From: Candidatus Dojkabacteria bacterium
GTDB taxonomy: Bacteria > Patescibacteriota > Dojkabacteria > SC72
Assembly (NCBI GenBank): GCA_028694805.1
Contig: JAQVKD010000002.1
Span: 1-58,082, forward strand
Length of the DNA stretch: 58,082 nt
Reading direction: 5' to 3'
Shown here piece after piece: positions 25,369 to 34,804 of the stretch (position 1 is its first letter; the number at the start of each line of letters is the position of its first letter). The notes beneath the pieces are model-generated. The model did not search any database. It was not told the DNA's origin and was given only the letters and a program-made list of their open reading frames with translations. A program made the position numbers and the translations under genes.

Positions 25369-26016
25369 CTAAAGAAATATAACCTCCATAGGGGTTTCCT
25401 CCTTCTCATTATTTCGAGGTTTAACAGTTATATAACTCTCATCAGAGATATTGGAGAAACCAAAGTGATTAATAAAATCATCTCTTGATTTAAGTTCATT
25501 TCCTAATTTAGCACCATCCTCTTTTAGTCCACATGGTATTAATATTTGTGGATCTACTTCTGAGAAAACCTTTTCTAAAGTTTCATAATTTAGAAACATA
25601 TCACCATTCCCTATTGGAGCAATTAGGACATCTACATCTCCGACATCTTCTACATCCTTTGGATCAAAGTCCTTACCAGCAAGACCCATATACATGACTC
25701 TAAGATTCTGCTCATCAATTAGATAGAAGTTCGTTCTAACTGGTCTCCTTATCATTAACCCTCCAATCTCAAATTCTCCAGGTGTACTTATTTCAATAAT
25801 ACTATCTCTTTTATCTGGTACTACCTTCTTTTCAATACCCTCCTTTTTTAAAATATCTGTATGCATTTTTAGATCTGGATCAGAAAACAAAACAACATCA
25901 GCTTTTGCTTTTGTAAAACTCAAACCAGATTTATTTAACTCTTGAGGATCTGTAATGACAGTGATCTTATCACCAGATATAATAAACGATGTCCAGTTAT
26001 GCTTCTTTATTTTCAT
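25369..26016 (-). CDS. Hypothetical protein, possibly a degenerate MBL-fold (Lactamase_B_3-like) protein
   Basis: 215 aa. The layout resembles UPF0173-type MBL-fold proteins (MKI..H..SFII.G..I.V.DP ... ADVVLFS). The HxHxDH metal motif is replaced by SDPDLKMH. Confidence 0.35.
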   Translation of the reverse strand: MKIKKHNWTSFIISGDKITVITDPQELNKSGLSFTKAKADVVLFSDPDLKMHTDILKKEGIEKKVVPDKRDSIIEISTPGEFEIGGLMIRRPVRTNFYLIDEQNLRVMYMGLAGKDFDPKDVEDVGDVDVLIAPIGNGDMFLNYETLEKVFSEVDPQILIPCGLKEDGAKLGNELKSRDDFINHFGFSNISDESYITVKPRNNEKEETPMEVIFL

Positions 26017-26084
26017 ATAATAAACAATTTCAAGTTAACGAATACAATTTTATATTTTTTTACAGGCTATAGCAAATAGAAATA

Positions 26085-26110
26085 GGTCTGTCCTAGGTCC
26101 GACCCCATTT
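26085..26110 (+). repeat. REP-like imperfect palindrome, forward copy
   Basis: GGTCTGTCCTAGGTCCGACCCCATTT contains the internal partial palindrome GGTC...CCTAGG...GACC. Confidence 0.75.
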
Positions 26111-26150
26111 TGAACAAACTCAACCGATAATCATACTTGTAGGTATCACG

Positions 26151-26594
26151 TTACTCGGCCCTCAACCATGGATACTCTTTCGCCTTCTTAACGAAACCCT
26201 CTTGCACTGGGTTCTGTTTGATATAACTTCGAACCTGTTTTAAATCCTTCTTGTAAGGTAAGAACTTCGCATTAAACCTTCCCTGAAATATATGTCCTAC
26301 TCTATCATATTTACGATTAATTATCATCGCATAAGAAGTACAAACCTTTTGCATAAAAACACTAAGGAGATCAGGATTATTGCCAGTTCTAATTAGAAGA
26401 TGGAAATGATTATCCATAATCGCATATGTATCTAAAATAAGATCTGTCTCATTTCGATATTTATATAGAAGAGAAACAAAAAGGTGTTTATCTTCTTTTC
26501 TAGCAAAAACCCTTTCCTTATTATTCCCTCTGTTATACACATGATAATAGGATTTTTCTTTGAAATTTCTCTTACTTCTGCTCATATAATTCAA
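26151..26594 (-). CDS. REP-associated tyrosine transposase (RAYT; IS200/IS605 Y1 HUH superfamily)
   Basis: 147 aa. [14 protein letters not shown], the HUH motif [11 protein letters not shown], and the catalytic Tyr context [10 protein letters not shown] are present. Confidence 0.8.
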   Translation of the reverse strand: MNYMSRSKRNFKEKSYYHVYNRGNNKERVFARKEDKHLFVSLLYKYRNETDLILDTYAIMDNHFHLLIRTGNNPDLLSVFMQKVCTSYAMIINRKYDRVGHIFQGRFNAKFLPYKKDLKQVRSYIKQNPVQEGFVKKAKEYPWLRAE

Positions 26595-26657
26595 TTTTAA
26601 GTCAGGGAAATGAAAAATCTCTTAAATTAACCGCCTTTTTTCATAACTTTCTACCAG

Positions 26658-26684
26658 AATATGGGGTCGGATCTAGGACAGACC
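26658..26684 (-). repeat. REP-like imperfect palindrome, inverted copy
   Basis: AATATGGGGTCGGATCTAGGACAGACC is the reverse complement of the 26085 copy with one substitution in the core. Confidence 0.75.
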
Positions 26685-26731
26685 TTCTCTACTTGTGGAT
26701 TAGATATCGTTCTGCTATAATCCTACCCGTT

Positions 26732-27067
26732 ATGAAAAAAGGAATTCATCCAAAATACAACCAGATAAAAGTCGTTTGTTCATGTGGTAATACATTTACT
26801 ACTGGTTCAACATTAGACGTAGAAACAATCAATGTAGAACTTTGTTCAAAATGTCATCCTTTCTATACTGGAGAACAAAAAATCGTTGATACAGATAACC
26901 TTGTTAAGAAATTTGAGGACAAGATAGAGAAATCTAAAAAGATGTCTTTCAAATCTAAGAAGGCAAAAATGGCTGAAAGAAAAGCAAAGAAGGATCAAAT
27001 TAGTAAAAAACAGGAGCCAACTCTTACACTTAAAGATATGTTAGCTAACGCAGATATCTCTAAGTAA
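26732..27067 (+). CDS. rpmE: 50S ribosomal protein L31 (Zn-ribbon C+ type) with a Lys-rich C-terminal extension
   Basis: [22 protein letters not shown]...[12 protein letters not shown]. The start is taken at ATG 26732. The TTG start at 26693 in the ORF track would run through the REP repeat. Confidence 0.9.
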   Translation: MKKGIHPKYNQIKVVCSCGNTFTTGSTLDVETINVELCSKCHPFYTGEQKIVDTDNLVKKFEDKIEKSKKMSFKSKKAKMAERKAKKDQISKKQEPTLTLKDMLANADISK

Positions 27068-27106
27068 CAATTTCACAAACAATCTTTAAATTGATATTAT
27101 CCTAAT

Positions 27107-28195
27107 ATGGATATACAAAATTATACAGAAAAATATAAAGATAATAGCGCGTTAGAAACTCAAAAAGATCTCGAGAAAAGAATGTCTGTAGCTCATCAAA
27201 CTGGAGAAGATATGTCATCTCTTAGTGAGGAGCTTGCATACTACTCTACTCTTTCAGATCTAATAATAAATATACAAAAGGCTATTAGAGAATATATAGA
27301 AGCCCAAGAGCTATTAAATGATCCAGAGATGAGAGATCTTGCAAAAACAGAATTAGAAAATAACGAAAAAAATATTACAAATCTCGATGAAGAGATTACT
27401 AAAATGAAAATTGATCGACAATTTTCTGATGAGGATGATATGAAATCTGCTGTACTAGAAATTCGAGCTGGAGCAGGTGGGGATGAGGCAGCCCTTTTTG
27501 CTGCAGATCTTTTTAGAATGTATAAGAATTTTGCATTAAATAATGGATGGAGTATATCGATAATAGATGATAATGTTACAGAAGGTGGTGGATATAAAGA
27601 AGTAATAGCTCAAATTAGTGGAAAAGGTGTATATAAGGCTCTAAAATATGAGAGTGGCGTTCATAGAGTTCAAAGGGTTCCCGTGACAGAATCTTCAGGT
27701 AGAATACATACTTCTACTGCATCGGTAGCAATACTTCCAGAGGCTAAAAATGTTGATATAGAAATTAAACCAGAAGAAATTAATGTTGAAGTAATGAGAG
27801 CATCTGGAGCTGGCGGTCAGTGTGTTAATCGAACAGACTCTGCAGTACGTATAACCCATATTCCAACCGGTATTGTTGTAAGCTGTCAAGAAACAAAACA
27901 TCAAGCACAAAATAAAGAGAAAGCTATGCAAATACTAAGAGCAAGACTGTATGAGAAAAAGAAATCAGAATTAGCCGCACAAAGATCTGATTTACGATCT
28001 TCACAGATAGGAACAGCAATGAGAGCTGAGAAAATTAGAACATATAACTTCCCTCAAAATAGAATTACAGACCATAGAATAAAAGAATCGTGGCATAATC
28101 TTGAATCAATACTAAATGGAAACATTCAAGATATGTTGGACGAAACAAGACATAAGATTCAGATAGAAGCACTCAAGGAAAATAGTAATGATTAA
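27107..28195 (+). CDS. prfA: Peptide chain release factor 1
   Basis: The PVT tripeptide (RVPVTESSGRIHTS) and the GGQ motif (SGAGGQCVNRTDSAVRITHIPTG) are present. 362 aa. Confidence 0.95.
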   Translation: MDIQNYTEKYKDNSALETQKDLEKRMSVAHQTGEDMSSLSEELAYYSTLSDLIINIQKAIREYIEAQELLNDPEMRDLAKTELENNEKNITNLDEEITKMKIDRQFSDEDDMKSAVLEIRAGAGGDEAALFAADLFRMYKNFALNNGWSISIIDDNVTEGGGYKEVIAQISGKGVYKALKYESGVHRVQRVPVTESSGRIHTSTASVAILPEAKNVDIEIKPEEINVEVMRASGAGGQCVNRTDSAVRITHIPTGIVVSCQETKHQAQNKEKAMQILRARLYEKKKSELAAQRSDLRSSQIGTAMRAEKIRTYNFPQNRITDHRIKESWHNLESILNGNIQDMLDETRHKIQIEALKENSND

Positions 28196-29000
28196 TCTCC
28201 AAAAGCTTTATGAAATTCAAAAAACGTTAAAGAGTGTTGGATATCCTGATTATAAGAGAATCTCAAAGGAAATTGAAAATTATGTGAAAAATGATAAAGA
28301 TTTAGAAAAAGTTTTAAATGATATTAAATCAAATAAACCTTGGGAATATATTAAAGGCTCTGCAGAATTCTATGCTCTAGATTTCAAAGTTAATAAAAAT
28401 GTTTTAATACCAAGAATAGAGACAGAGAAGCTTGTTAGTTTAGCCATACATGAATTTAAAGATACTAAATTTGATACGGTAGTAGATGTGGGAACTGGAA
28501 GTGGTTGTATAATTATTTCACTTCTTAAAAGTTTAACTCTACCAACTATACACAAAGGTAGTATTGATAATATAAATTTTATAGCCACAGATATTAGTAA
28601 TAAGGCAATATCTGTTGTAAAAAGGAATCTAAAATATCACAAATTGGATAATATTATTCATCTTCATAAGATGGATTTAATATCAAAATTAAAATTAAAG
28701 GATAAAAATGTTTTAATATTAGCAAATTTACCATATATCCCTACCTTACAGTATGAGAAATTAGACAAAAGTGTAAAAGAATACGAACCAAAGATTGCTT
28801 TAGATGGAGGAAAAGATGGTAATATTTATTACAAAAAACTTTTAGAACAAATTAAAAAGTCTGGTTTAAAAAGCTTTACATTAATACTTGAAACTGAAGG
28901 AAGTATTGTAAACAAAACAAAGAATATATTTAAAAAATACAATACAGAGATCTTAAAAGATTTAAAAGACATAGATAGATTTTTAATTGTCAGAGGGTAG
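28188..29000 (+). CDS. prmC: Release factor glutamine N5-methyltransferase PrmC/HemK
   Basis: It overlaps prfA by 8 nt. The SAM-binding motif is VVDVGTGSGCIIISL. The catalytic tetrapeptide appears as NLPY (ILANLPYIP) rather than the usual NPPY. EYEPKIALDGGKDG is also present. Confidence 0.8.
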   Translation: MINLQKLYEIQKTLKSVGYPDYKRISKEIENYVKNDKDLEKVLNDIKSNKPWEYIKGSAEFYALDFKVNKNVLIPRIETEKLVSLAIHEFKDTKFDTVVDVGTGSGCIIISLLKSLTLPTIHKGSIDNINFIATDISNKAISVVKRNLKYHKLDNIIHLHKMDLISKLKLKDKNVLILANLPYIPTLQYEKLDKSVKEYEPKIALDGGKDGNIYYKKLLEQIKKSGLKSFTLILETEGSIVNKTKNIFKKYNTEILKDLKDIDRFLIVRG

Positions 29001-30191
29001 TTACTCCTCTTCTACTAGAATAACTGTTACACTCCTTTCATCTCCATCATTCCAGACCTTTAATTCTATCTCATCCCCGACTTTATGATTAGAGATTAAA
29101 GTGGAGAGAGAACTCTCAACTGCTTCACCATCAAATTCGATTATAATATCCCCTCTTTCAATACCAGCATCATATGCAGGCCCATATGGATCAACTCTAA
29201 CAATTAATGCACCAGCAACAACATTGTTGTAATACATAGCTTGATATTCAGATATCATTTGATAAGATACTCCAAGATATGGCTTAATAAATTTCCCATA
29301 TGTAATATACTCATCTATTCTTGTTTTAACAATATTTATTGGTAATGCAAAAGAGATATTATCAGCACCGGATGTTGTAGCAAAGTTTATACCAATAACT
29401 TCTCCAGATGTATTTAGAAGAGGCCCACCAGAGTTTCCAGGATTTACTGCAGCATCTGTCTGAATAACATTCTCATATGTCTTTGATGATGTACCAAACC
29501 AATCTGTAGAAGCTGTTACATCCCTATCTAAACCACTTATAATTCCTGAAGTTACACTACCAACATACTCACCTAGTGGAGTCCCTATCGCTATAACTGT
29601 TTGTCCAACAACTATCGCATCAGAATTCCCTAAGGTTAGTGGTGTAAGACCTGTTGCATCTATTTTTAATACAGCAATATCATTATTATCATCTCTTTGT
29701 ATATCTAAGACCTCATATTCTTGACCGTCTGAAGTAATTACTTTGTAATCTTCATCAGTATCAGATACAACGTGCTGATTAGTAACAATAATTCCACTTG
29801 AATCAACTATAAAACCAGTTCCTATATTACTACTTTCATCAACAACTCCTTCTTCTTGGGAAAAAGACATTTGTGTTACAGCAATACTCACAACAGATTT
29901 TGTGGCATCGTCAACTACATCAATAATTGAACTTTCTTCTTTAGTAACAACTACAGTTAAATCCTCGCCATTCTCTATAGATGTTGTTTCTTCTGTATCG
30001 GAATTTATTAGATTCCCATTCAAAACTGTAATAGTGACAATACTTCCAAGCATTAATGATGCAAAAACCAATAGTGAGACAAATGCTACTATCCCAGCTT
30101 TTTTAGGATCTTTTATTTTTATAAATTTAATATTCAATTTCTTCTTTTCTTTTTTCACTTCTTTTTTTGCATCTTTTTTCTCTGTTTCCAT
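29001..30191 (-). CDS. HtrA/DegP-family serine protease with a PDZ domain
   Basis: It has an N-terminal TM. The catalytic His is TNQHVV, the Asp is DIAVLKI, and the Ser is GNSGGPLL. The C-terminal PDZ contains GIERGDIIIEFDG. Confidence 0.85.
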   Translation of the reverse strand: METEKKDAKKEVKKEKKKLNIKFIKIKDPKKAGIVAFVSLLVFASLMLGSIVTITVLNGNLINSDTEETTSIENGEDLTVVVTKEESSIIDVVDDATKSVVSIAVTQMSFSQEEGVVDESSNIGTGFIVDSSGIIVTNQHVVSDTDEDYKVITSDGQEYEVLDIQRDDNNDIAVLKIDATGLTPLTLGNSDAIVVGQTVIAIGTPLGEYVGSVTSGIISGLDRDVTASTDWFGTSSKTYENVIQTDAAVNPGNSGGPLLNTSGEVIGINFATTSGADNISFALPINIVKTRIDEYITYGKFIKPYLGVSYQMISEYQAMYYNNVVAGALIVRVDPYGPAYDAGIERGDIIIEFDGEAVESSLSTLISNHKVGDEIELKVWNDGDERSVTVILVEEE

Positions 30192-30251
30192 AGTTATGTT
30201 AATTTAATTTATCTAAAAAAATACCAAATTTTCAGTGAACTATAAGTGAAA

Positions 30252-31487
30252 TTAATTTCCACCTAATAGCTCAATTGCTTTATCAAGTTGAGGATCTTCT
30301 CCTGCAATAAAATCTTCAGTTGTAAGTTCTACTTCATAATCTGGAGTAATTGGATTATCAGTGTTTATCCATGTTCCATCAGGAAGTAACCATTTATAAA
30401 CAGTTACATGTAGTGACGATCCATCTAAAAATTCCTCTATAGCTTGAGCAGTGCCTTTACCATATGTATTCTCTCCTACTATTTTTGCAAAGCCATTGAT
30501 TTGAAGAGCCCCTGCCAATATTTCTGAAGCAGATGCACTACCAGAATCAACCAGTACCACAACTTCCATATCTGTAAAATCCCCACCTTCATCTGATGTG
30601 AACTCTTCTTGGTTACCTTGACCATCTTCCTGTATAGAGATAATCTCTTCACCTGCTAGAAAGTCATCGGCGGCATATACAGCGGCATCGAAGTAACCTC
30701 CTGGATTACCTCTTAAATCCAGTATCAATTTATCACTTCCACTATCTAAGATTTCCTCCTTTGCATTCTCCCAATTAGATATCCATGAGAGATAGCTAGA
30801 ATCAGTAAATCTCGCAACGTCTAAATATGCGATATTATTATCAAGAATCTCAACTGTCATACTTGGTACAGTAATCTCTCCTCTTGTGATCTCAATTGTA
30901 GTAGTTTCACTATCTCCATTATGTAGAACTTCTAGTGTAACAACAGTTCCAGCCTCTCCTCTTATCATATCTACAACATCGTATACAGTATCATCGCTAG
31001 TAATATCTTGACCATCAACAGAGATTATATAATCTCCAGGTCTAATTCCAGCTTCCTTTGCAGGAGAACCATCTAATGGAGAAATTATTACTACTGCACT
31101 ATCTTTATACCCCAATTCAGCCCCGATACCTTCAAAATATTTACCTTCATTTGTACTATTAAAAGCCTCTGTCTCTTCTGGTGTTAAAAATATCGTTGCA
31201 GGATCATCATAGGAATCTACAAGACCCTTTATCGCACCATATTCTTTCTCTTCTGTTGTAACTTTATCCTGCTCTACAAATTCAGACTCCATGATATCCC
31301 ACACACTCCAAAACAGACTCATATCTGGTTTTTCAGTAACTAGAGATTTTAAACTTATATCTGTATTAACATGAATTAACTGACCAGCAGTATAACCTAT
31401 GGCCAACATACATATGGAAAGTATTACAACACCAAGGACTTTAATATTTTCTTTTTTGCCGTTTTTTACCATAATCTTGTAGATCAA
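30252..31487 (-). CDS. Carboxy-terminal processing peptidase (S41, CtpA-like) with a PDZ domain
   Basis: The PDZ contains GIRPGDYIISVDG. LDLRGNPGGY and the Ser context DSGSASASEILAGAL are present. The start may be the internal ATG at 31472. Confidence 0.85.
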   Translation of the reverse strand: MIYKIMVKNGKKENIKVLGVVILSICMLAIGYTAGQLIHVNTDISLKSLVTEKPDMSLFWSVWDIMESEFVEQDKVTTEEKEYGAIKGLVDSYDDPATIFLTPEETEAFNSTNEGKYFEGIGAELGYKDSAVVIISPLDGSPAKEAGIRPGDYIISVDGQDITSDDTVYDVVDMIRGEAGTVVTLEVLHNGDSETTTIEITRGEITVPSMTVEILDNNIAYLDVARFTDSSYLSWISNWENAKEEILDSGSDKLILDLRGNPGGYFDAAVYAADDFLAGEEIISIQEDGQGNQEEFTSDEGGDFTDMEVVVLVDSGSASASEILAGALQINGFAKIVGENTYGKGTAQAIEEFLDGSSLHVTVYKWLLPDGTWINTDNPITPDYEVELTTEDFIAGEDPQLDKAIELLGGN

Positions 31488-31511
31488 AAATAATTTAAAT
31501 TCATTATATGA

Positions 31512-32522
31512 TTACATTACAATGAAATCCAGAGACCCTATATCAACTATTGATTTACCAGCATTTCCGAAGTCTACTGTAACATAGTTTAGATCATTTA
31601 TCTGACTGATTATACCGATGTATCCATAATGTGAACTATGTCTTGAAATAACTTTAGCACCTAACAACTCCTTTACAAAAAACCCAGTATCTTGTTTTTC
31701 TCTCTGCTCTTTTTTTGCAACAAATAATTGATCTTCACTACCATCTAGTACAACAAAACTTTCATCTATTTTATATAGCTCTGATGAAAATTTACTATCA
31801 CAATGTATTCTACCAAAGCCTTCTATAACACCGATTGGTAGGCCGATATCTTTGAAATCATCATATTCCATAGAGTATGTTAATACTGCTTTCGCACCTC
31901 TTTGAAATATCTTTAATATTAAATTCATAGAAAGATATGAACCAAACCATACTATTTTGCCTTTTAGATCTATATTGGGGATATCTGATAACACAGCATT
32001 TTCCTTATTAAAGAAAAGAATATTACCAAATATTTTATTATCAAATATTGTAGTAGCAGCTAGATCCAATGCTGATGCTGGAGAATTAATAGATATATTG
32101 CTTCCAGGAAGAACTTCATTTACCGTTCCAGAGAAATTACTTTTAACTAAATTCTCTTGCTCTTCAGATAGGATATCTATAAATCCCTTTGAGATTCTGG
32201 ATAAATCTACAATACCTGATACAGTGGCAACAATCTGTTTTACTGTAAGTCCATTTTTAACCATTTTTTGAGCTAATACCTCTCCCTCTTCAACATATGA
32301 GCCATCAATACATGACACATATTTTATACACTCAGCTATTTTACAATTAAGATCATTTACTAGAAAATATGATTCTTTTATTCCATTTTCGGATTTCGAA
32401 AAAAGATTCTCTCCTGCACCTATCTTTTGACCATTTTTAATATACAATCTTTCTCCACCATCTAATGGAATCTTAAAATTATAATTACTGTAATGTTCAA
32501 ACACTCTCGCTTTAATTAGCAT
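31512..32522 (-). CDS. Hypothetical protein (contains barrel-sandwich/lipoyl-like hybrid-motif-like segments)
   Basis: 336 aa. Segments such as DGSYVEEGEVLAQ and LYIKNGQKIGAGENLF resemble hybrid-barrel motifs. It overlaps the upstream ORF by 11 nt. Confidence 0.45.
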   Translation of the reverse strand: MLIKARVFEHYSNYNFKIPLDGGERLYIKNGQKIGAGENLFSKSENGIKESYFLVNDLNCKIAECIKYVSCIDGSYVEEGEVLAQKMVKNGLTVKQIVATVSGIVDLSRISKGFIDILSEEQENLVKSNFSGTVNEVLPGSNISINSPASALDLAATTIFDNKIFGNILFFNKENAVLSDIPNIDLKGKIVWFGSYLSMNLILKIFQRGAKAVLTYSMEYDDFKDIGLPIGVIEGFGRIHCDSKFSSELYKIDESFVVLDGSEDQLFVAKKEQREKQDTGFFVKELLGAKVISRHSSHYGYIGIISQINDLNYVTVDFGNAGKSIVDIGSLDFIVM

Positions 32523-33912
32523 TTAACCACTTATTAATTTTTAATTTATTTTTATAACTATCCGTACCATACACAATTGGTCGCAGTCTAGAATCTATGA
32601 GGATATTTTCATATCTACTACCCAATGGGGATGATACAAAATTAATTAGATTTCTTTCTAAAGAAGGAACATATACATTGTTTTCAAACTTTCCTTCAAA
32701 AATGACCTTATTTATCTTATTAGGTACTTTAATTAACTCAAATGTATCACCTAATACAACAATTTTTTCTTCATCAAAATCTTGAGAACTTATTAAACCG
32801 GAAAATATTACTTTATTCTTTGCTCTTTGTGATTTAAGTTCTGGGATTATAACTTTGGTAATATCAGAAATTACCTCATTTTTACCAATAACTATATCTT
32901 GTGATTCAATGCCCTCTGCAGTACTAATACCATATGCAAGAATTTTCGCTTCGTTATCCCATATAACATCAAAATTCCCATATAGTTCTAAGCCATCTAT
33001 TAAGGTTAAAAGTGTTGTTTTCTTGCCAAGAAGTCTTGGAATTTTTCCACCAACTATAATTAAGGAATTTCCCTTCTCTATACCTGATAACTTCTGTTTA
33101 CTATCGTTTATCAATGAGAGAAGTTGTACTGTTGTAAAACTTCTTAATGTATCCAAGATATTTGGATCTAATAGAACATCGACAGGATGTAATATTAGGT
33201 TTGCCCAATTATTTTGGATCTGAGAACTATCCAGATCAGAAGCTAGAAAAGCTCTTAGCCTGCGATTTCTTATTGCATCTATTATCCCTATCTCATTGCT
33301 CCATTGCTGAGACATTTCAGAATATTGATACTGAGTAGGTAATGTTCCCTTTTTAGAGATTTTATTCTCTCTATTAACCCTATATATTTGGAAAGAATCA
33401 ATATCTAAATCAATATATACTAGATTTTCATAATCTAATTTCTCTGAGAGCTTACCTATTATCTTTCTAATATATTGGGTATCCATAACTCTAACTGTAA
33501 TATCATGTGAATATTGAGAAATTGAATGAAAAATATTCGTTAAGAAGTCCTGATTATCGTCAACTAAGACCTTAACACCACTTAAACCATAGTTTTCATC
33601 TTTAAATTCAATTACACGATTAAGTTCAGAATCTAATGATTGAAACATCTTCCAATCAAATGTTTTTTCCAAAAGAGTGAAATACTCTTTCCAAAATTCT
33701 TCCATAAAAATGTAATCATCTAATCTTCTTTTTAAATGAGATATGTCTGTGTAGTCAGTAAGAATGTATTGTATCTCTGAGGAATAATCTACATAAGCAA
33801 GATGTGACCATATTGCATTATTTTTCACAACAATAGTTAAATATGCATTTTTTTGAAGTATAGGCAGTTTATTCATATATATCAGTTTACTTAAATATAC
33901 TATGTTTTTCAA
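32512..33912 (-). CDS. Hypothetical protein
   Basis: 466 aa with no recognisable motif. It is the first gene of an apparent four-gene minus-strand unit with 31512, ctpA-like and htrA-like. Confidence 0.45.
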   Translation of the reverse strand: MKNIVYLSKLIYMNKLPILQKNAYLTIVVKNNAIWSHLAYVDYSSEIQYILTDYTDISHLKRRLDDYIFMEEFWKEYFTLLEKTFDWKMFQSLDSELNRVIEFKDENYGLSGVKVLVDDNQDFLTNIFHSISQYSHDITVRVMDTQYIRKIIGKLSEKLDYENLVYIDLDIDSFQIYRVNRENKISKKGTLPTQYQYSEMSQQWSNEIGIIDAIRNRRLRAFLASDLDSSQIQNNWANLILHPVDVLLDPNILDTLRSFTTVQLLSLINDSKQKLSGIEKGNSLIIVGGKIPRLLGKKTTLLTLIDGLELYGNFDVIWDNEAKILAYGISTAEGIESQDIVIGKNEVISDITKVIIPELKSQRAKNKVIFSGLISSQDFDEEKIVVLGDTFELIKVPNKINKVIFEGKFENNVYVPSLERNLINFVSSPLGSRYENILIDSRLRPIVYGTDSYKNKLKINKWLNAN

Positions 33913-33938
33913 TAAAAAAGGGGAGTTTCCTCCCCTCC
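33911..33938 (-). terminator. Rho-independent terminator downstream of rpsR
   Basis: The minus strand reads AGGGGAG-GAAA-CTCCCCT followed by TTTTTATT. On the plus strand the stem spans 33919-33936 and its terminal A19:T36 pair opens the tract, which is the A-run 33914-33919. Confidence 0.75.
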
Positions 33939-33962
33939 TACATTCTTAATGATTATAAAATT

Positions 33963-34268
33963 CTATTCATCTGCTACATAAGGAAGTAATGCCATATATC
34001 TTGCTCTCTTTATCGCTCTTTTTAACTGTTTCTGATGCTTATGACATAATCCAGATTTTTCACTAGAAATGATTTTACCTCTAACAGAAGTAAATTTCTT
34101 TAGTTGAAAAATATCCTTATATGAAACATGTTTAACACCAGACTCACATAAAGGACATTTAAGATTTTGAACAACCTTCTTTCTTCTTCTTCTTTTATGA
34201 GAATCATCATCTGATGTAAACTCCTCTGAAGTATCAGTACTACTTATTTTCTTTTCTTCCTCAATCAT
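33963..34268 (-). CDS. rpsR: 30S ribosomal protein S18 (with an acidic/basic N-terminal extension)
   Basis: The C-terminal FTSVRGKIISSEKSGLCHKHQKQLKRAIKRARYMALLPY is the S18 signature. It completes the rpsF-ssb-rpsR synteny. Confidence 0.9.
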   Translation of the reverse strand: MIEEEKKISSTDTSEEFTSDDDSHKRRRRKKVVQNLKCPLCESGVKHVSYKDIFQLKKFTSVRGKIISSEKSGLCHKHQKQLKRAIKRARYMALLPYVADE

Positions 34269-34287
34269 TAAAAAACAATTTTATAAT

Positions 34288-34752
34288 TTAAAATGGTAAA
34301 TCTTCCTCAAGTGGATCATTACTCTCTTCTGCAGAATCTCCTTCTTCGACTGGTGGTTCCTCTTCTTTTTGCTCCTGAGGAATTTCTTCTTCATCCATAC
34401 CAGTTCCTTGCTTCCCCTTGCTATCAAGAAGGATCATATCAGTAATTCTAACCTCTGTCCTATATCTCTTACTGCCATCATCTGCATCCCAGCTTCTGGT
34501 ATTTAAAGAACCCTCCAAGTATACCTTCATTCCCTTCGCAAGTAATTGCTGACAGATTTCAGCAAGCTTATTCCATGCAACAATATTGTGAAATTCAGCT
34601 AATTCTTTCTGCTCTCCACTTTCATCCTTCCATGATTTGTTTGTAGCAAGACCAAAAGTAGCTACTGCAGCACCAGATGGTGTGTATTTTAATTCAGGAT
34701 CCCTTGTTAGATTTCCTATCAACATTACCTTATTTAAAGACCTAGCAGCCAT
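34288..34752 (-). CDS. ssb: Single-stranded DNA-binding protein
   Basis: NKVMLIGNLTRDPELKYTPSGAAVATFGLATN forms the OB fold. The acidic tail ends in EEDLPF. Confidence 0.95.
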   Translation of the reverse strand: MAARSLNKVMLIGNLTRDPELKYTPSGAAVATFGLATNKSWKDESGEQKELAEFHNIVAWNKLAEICQQLLAKGMKVYLEGSLNTRSWDADDGSKRYRTEVRITDMILLDSKGKQGTGMDEEEIPQEQKEEEPPVEEGDSAEESNDPLEEDLPF

Positions 34753-34804
34753 ATTTTTATTTATTTAATTTAACTATGCTTCTATCTTAATACCCAAAAA
34801 TGAA

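Larger units (their letters stand above)
26085..26684 (-). mobile_element. RAYT element: REP-associated tyrosine transposase gene flanked by inverted REP-like ends
   Basis: The left end GGTCTGTCCTAGGTCCGACCCCATTT (26085-26110) is the reverse complement of the right end AATATGGGGTCGGATCTAGGACAGACC (26658-26684), apart from one mismatch in the GGTC...CCCCAT part and divergence in the last 2-3 nt. The ends enclose the Y1 transposase ORF. Confidence 0.75.

Noticed and set aside
26693-26731. The TTG-initiated N-terminal extension of rpmE in the ORF track ([13 protein letters not shown]...).
   Set aside because: The extension has no L31-like sequence and begins only 9 nt after the right REP repeat of the RAYT element, which ends at 26684. 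The canonical L31 N-terminus MKKGIHPKY starts at ATG 26732.
27427-27433. Other CTGATGA heptamers that might seed additional hammerheads: + strand at 1075-1081 and 27427-27433, and minus strand at 23731-23737, 25439-25445 and 29752-29758.
   Set aside because: All lie inside well-supported coding regions. None is followed by a stem II hairpin plus GAAA, and none has flanks able to form stems I and III. The copy at 25439 has CGAAA only after an unpaired 9-nt spacer.
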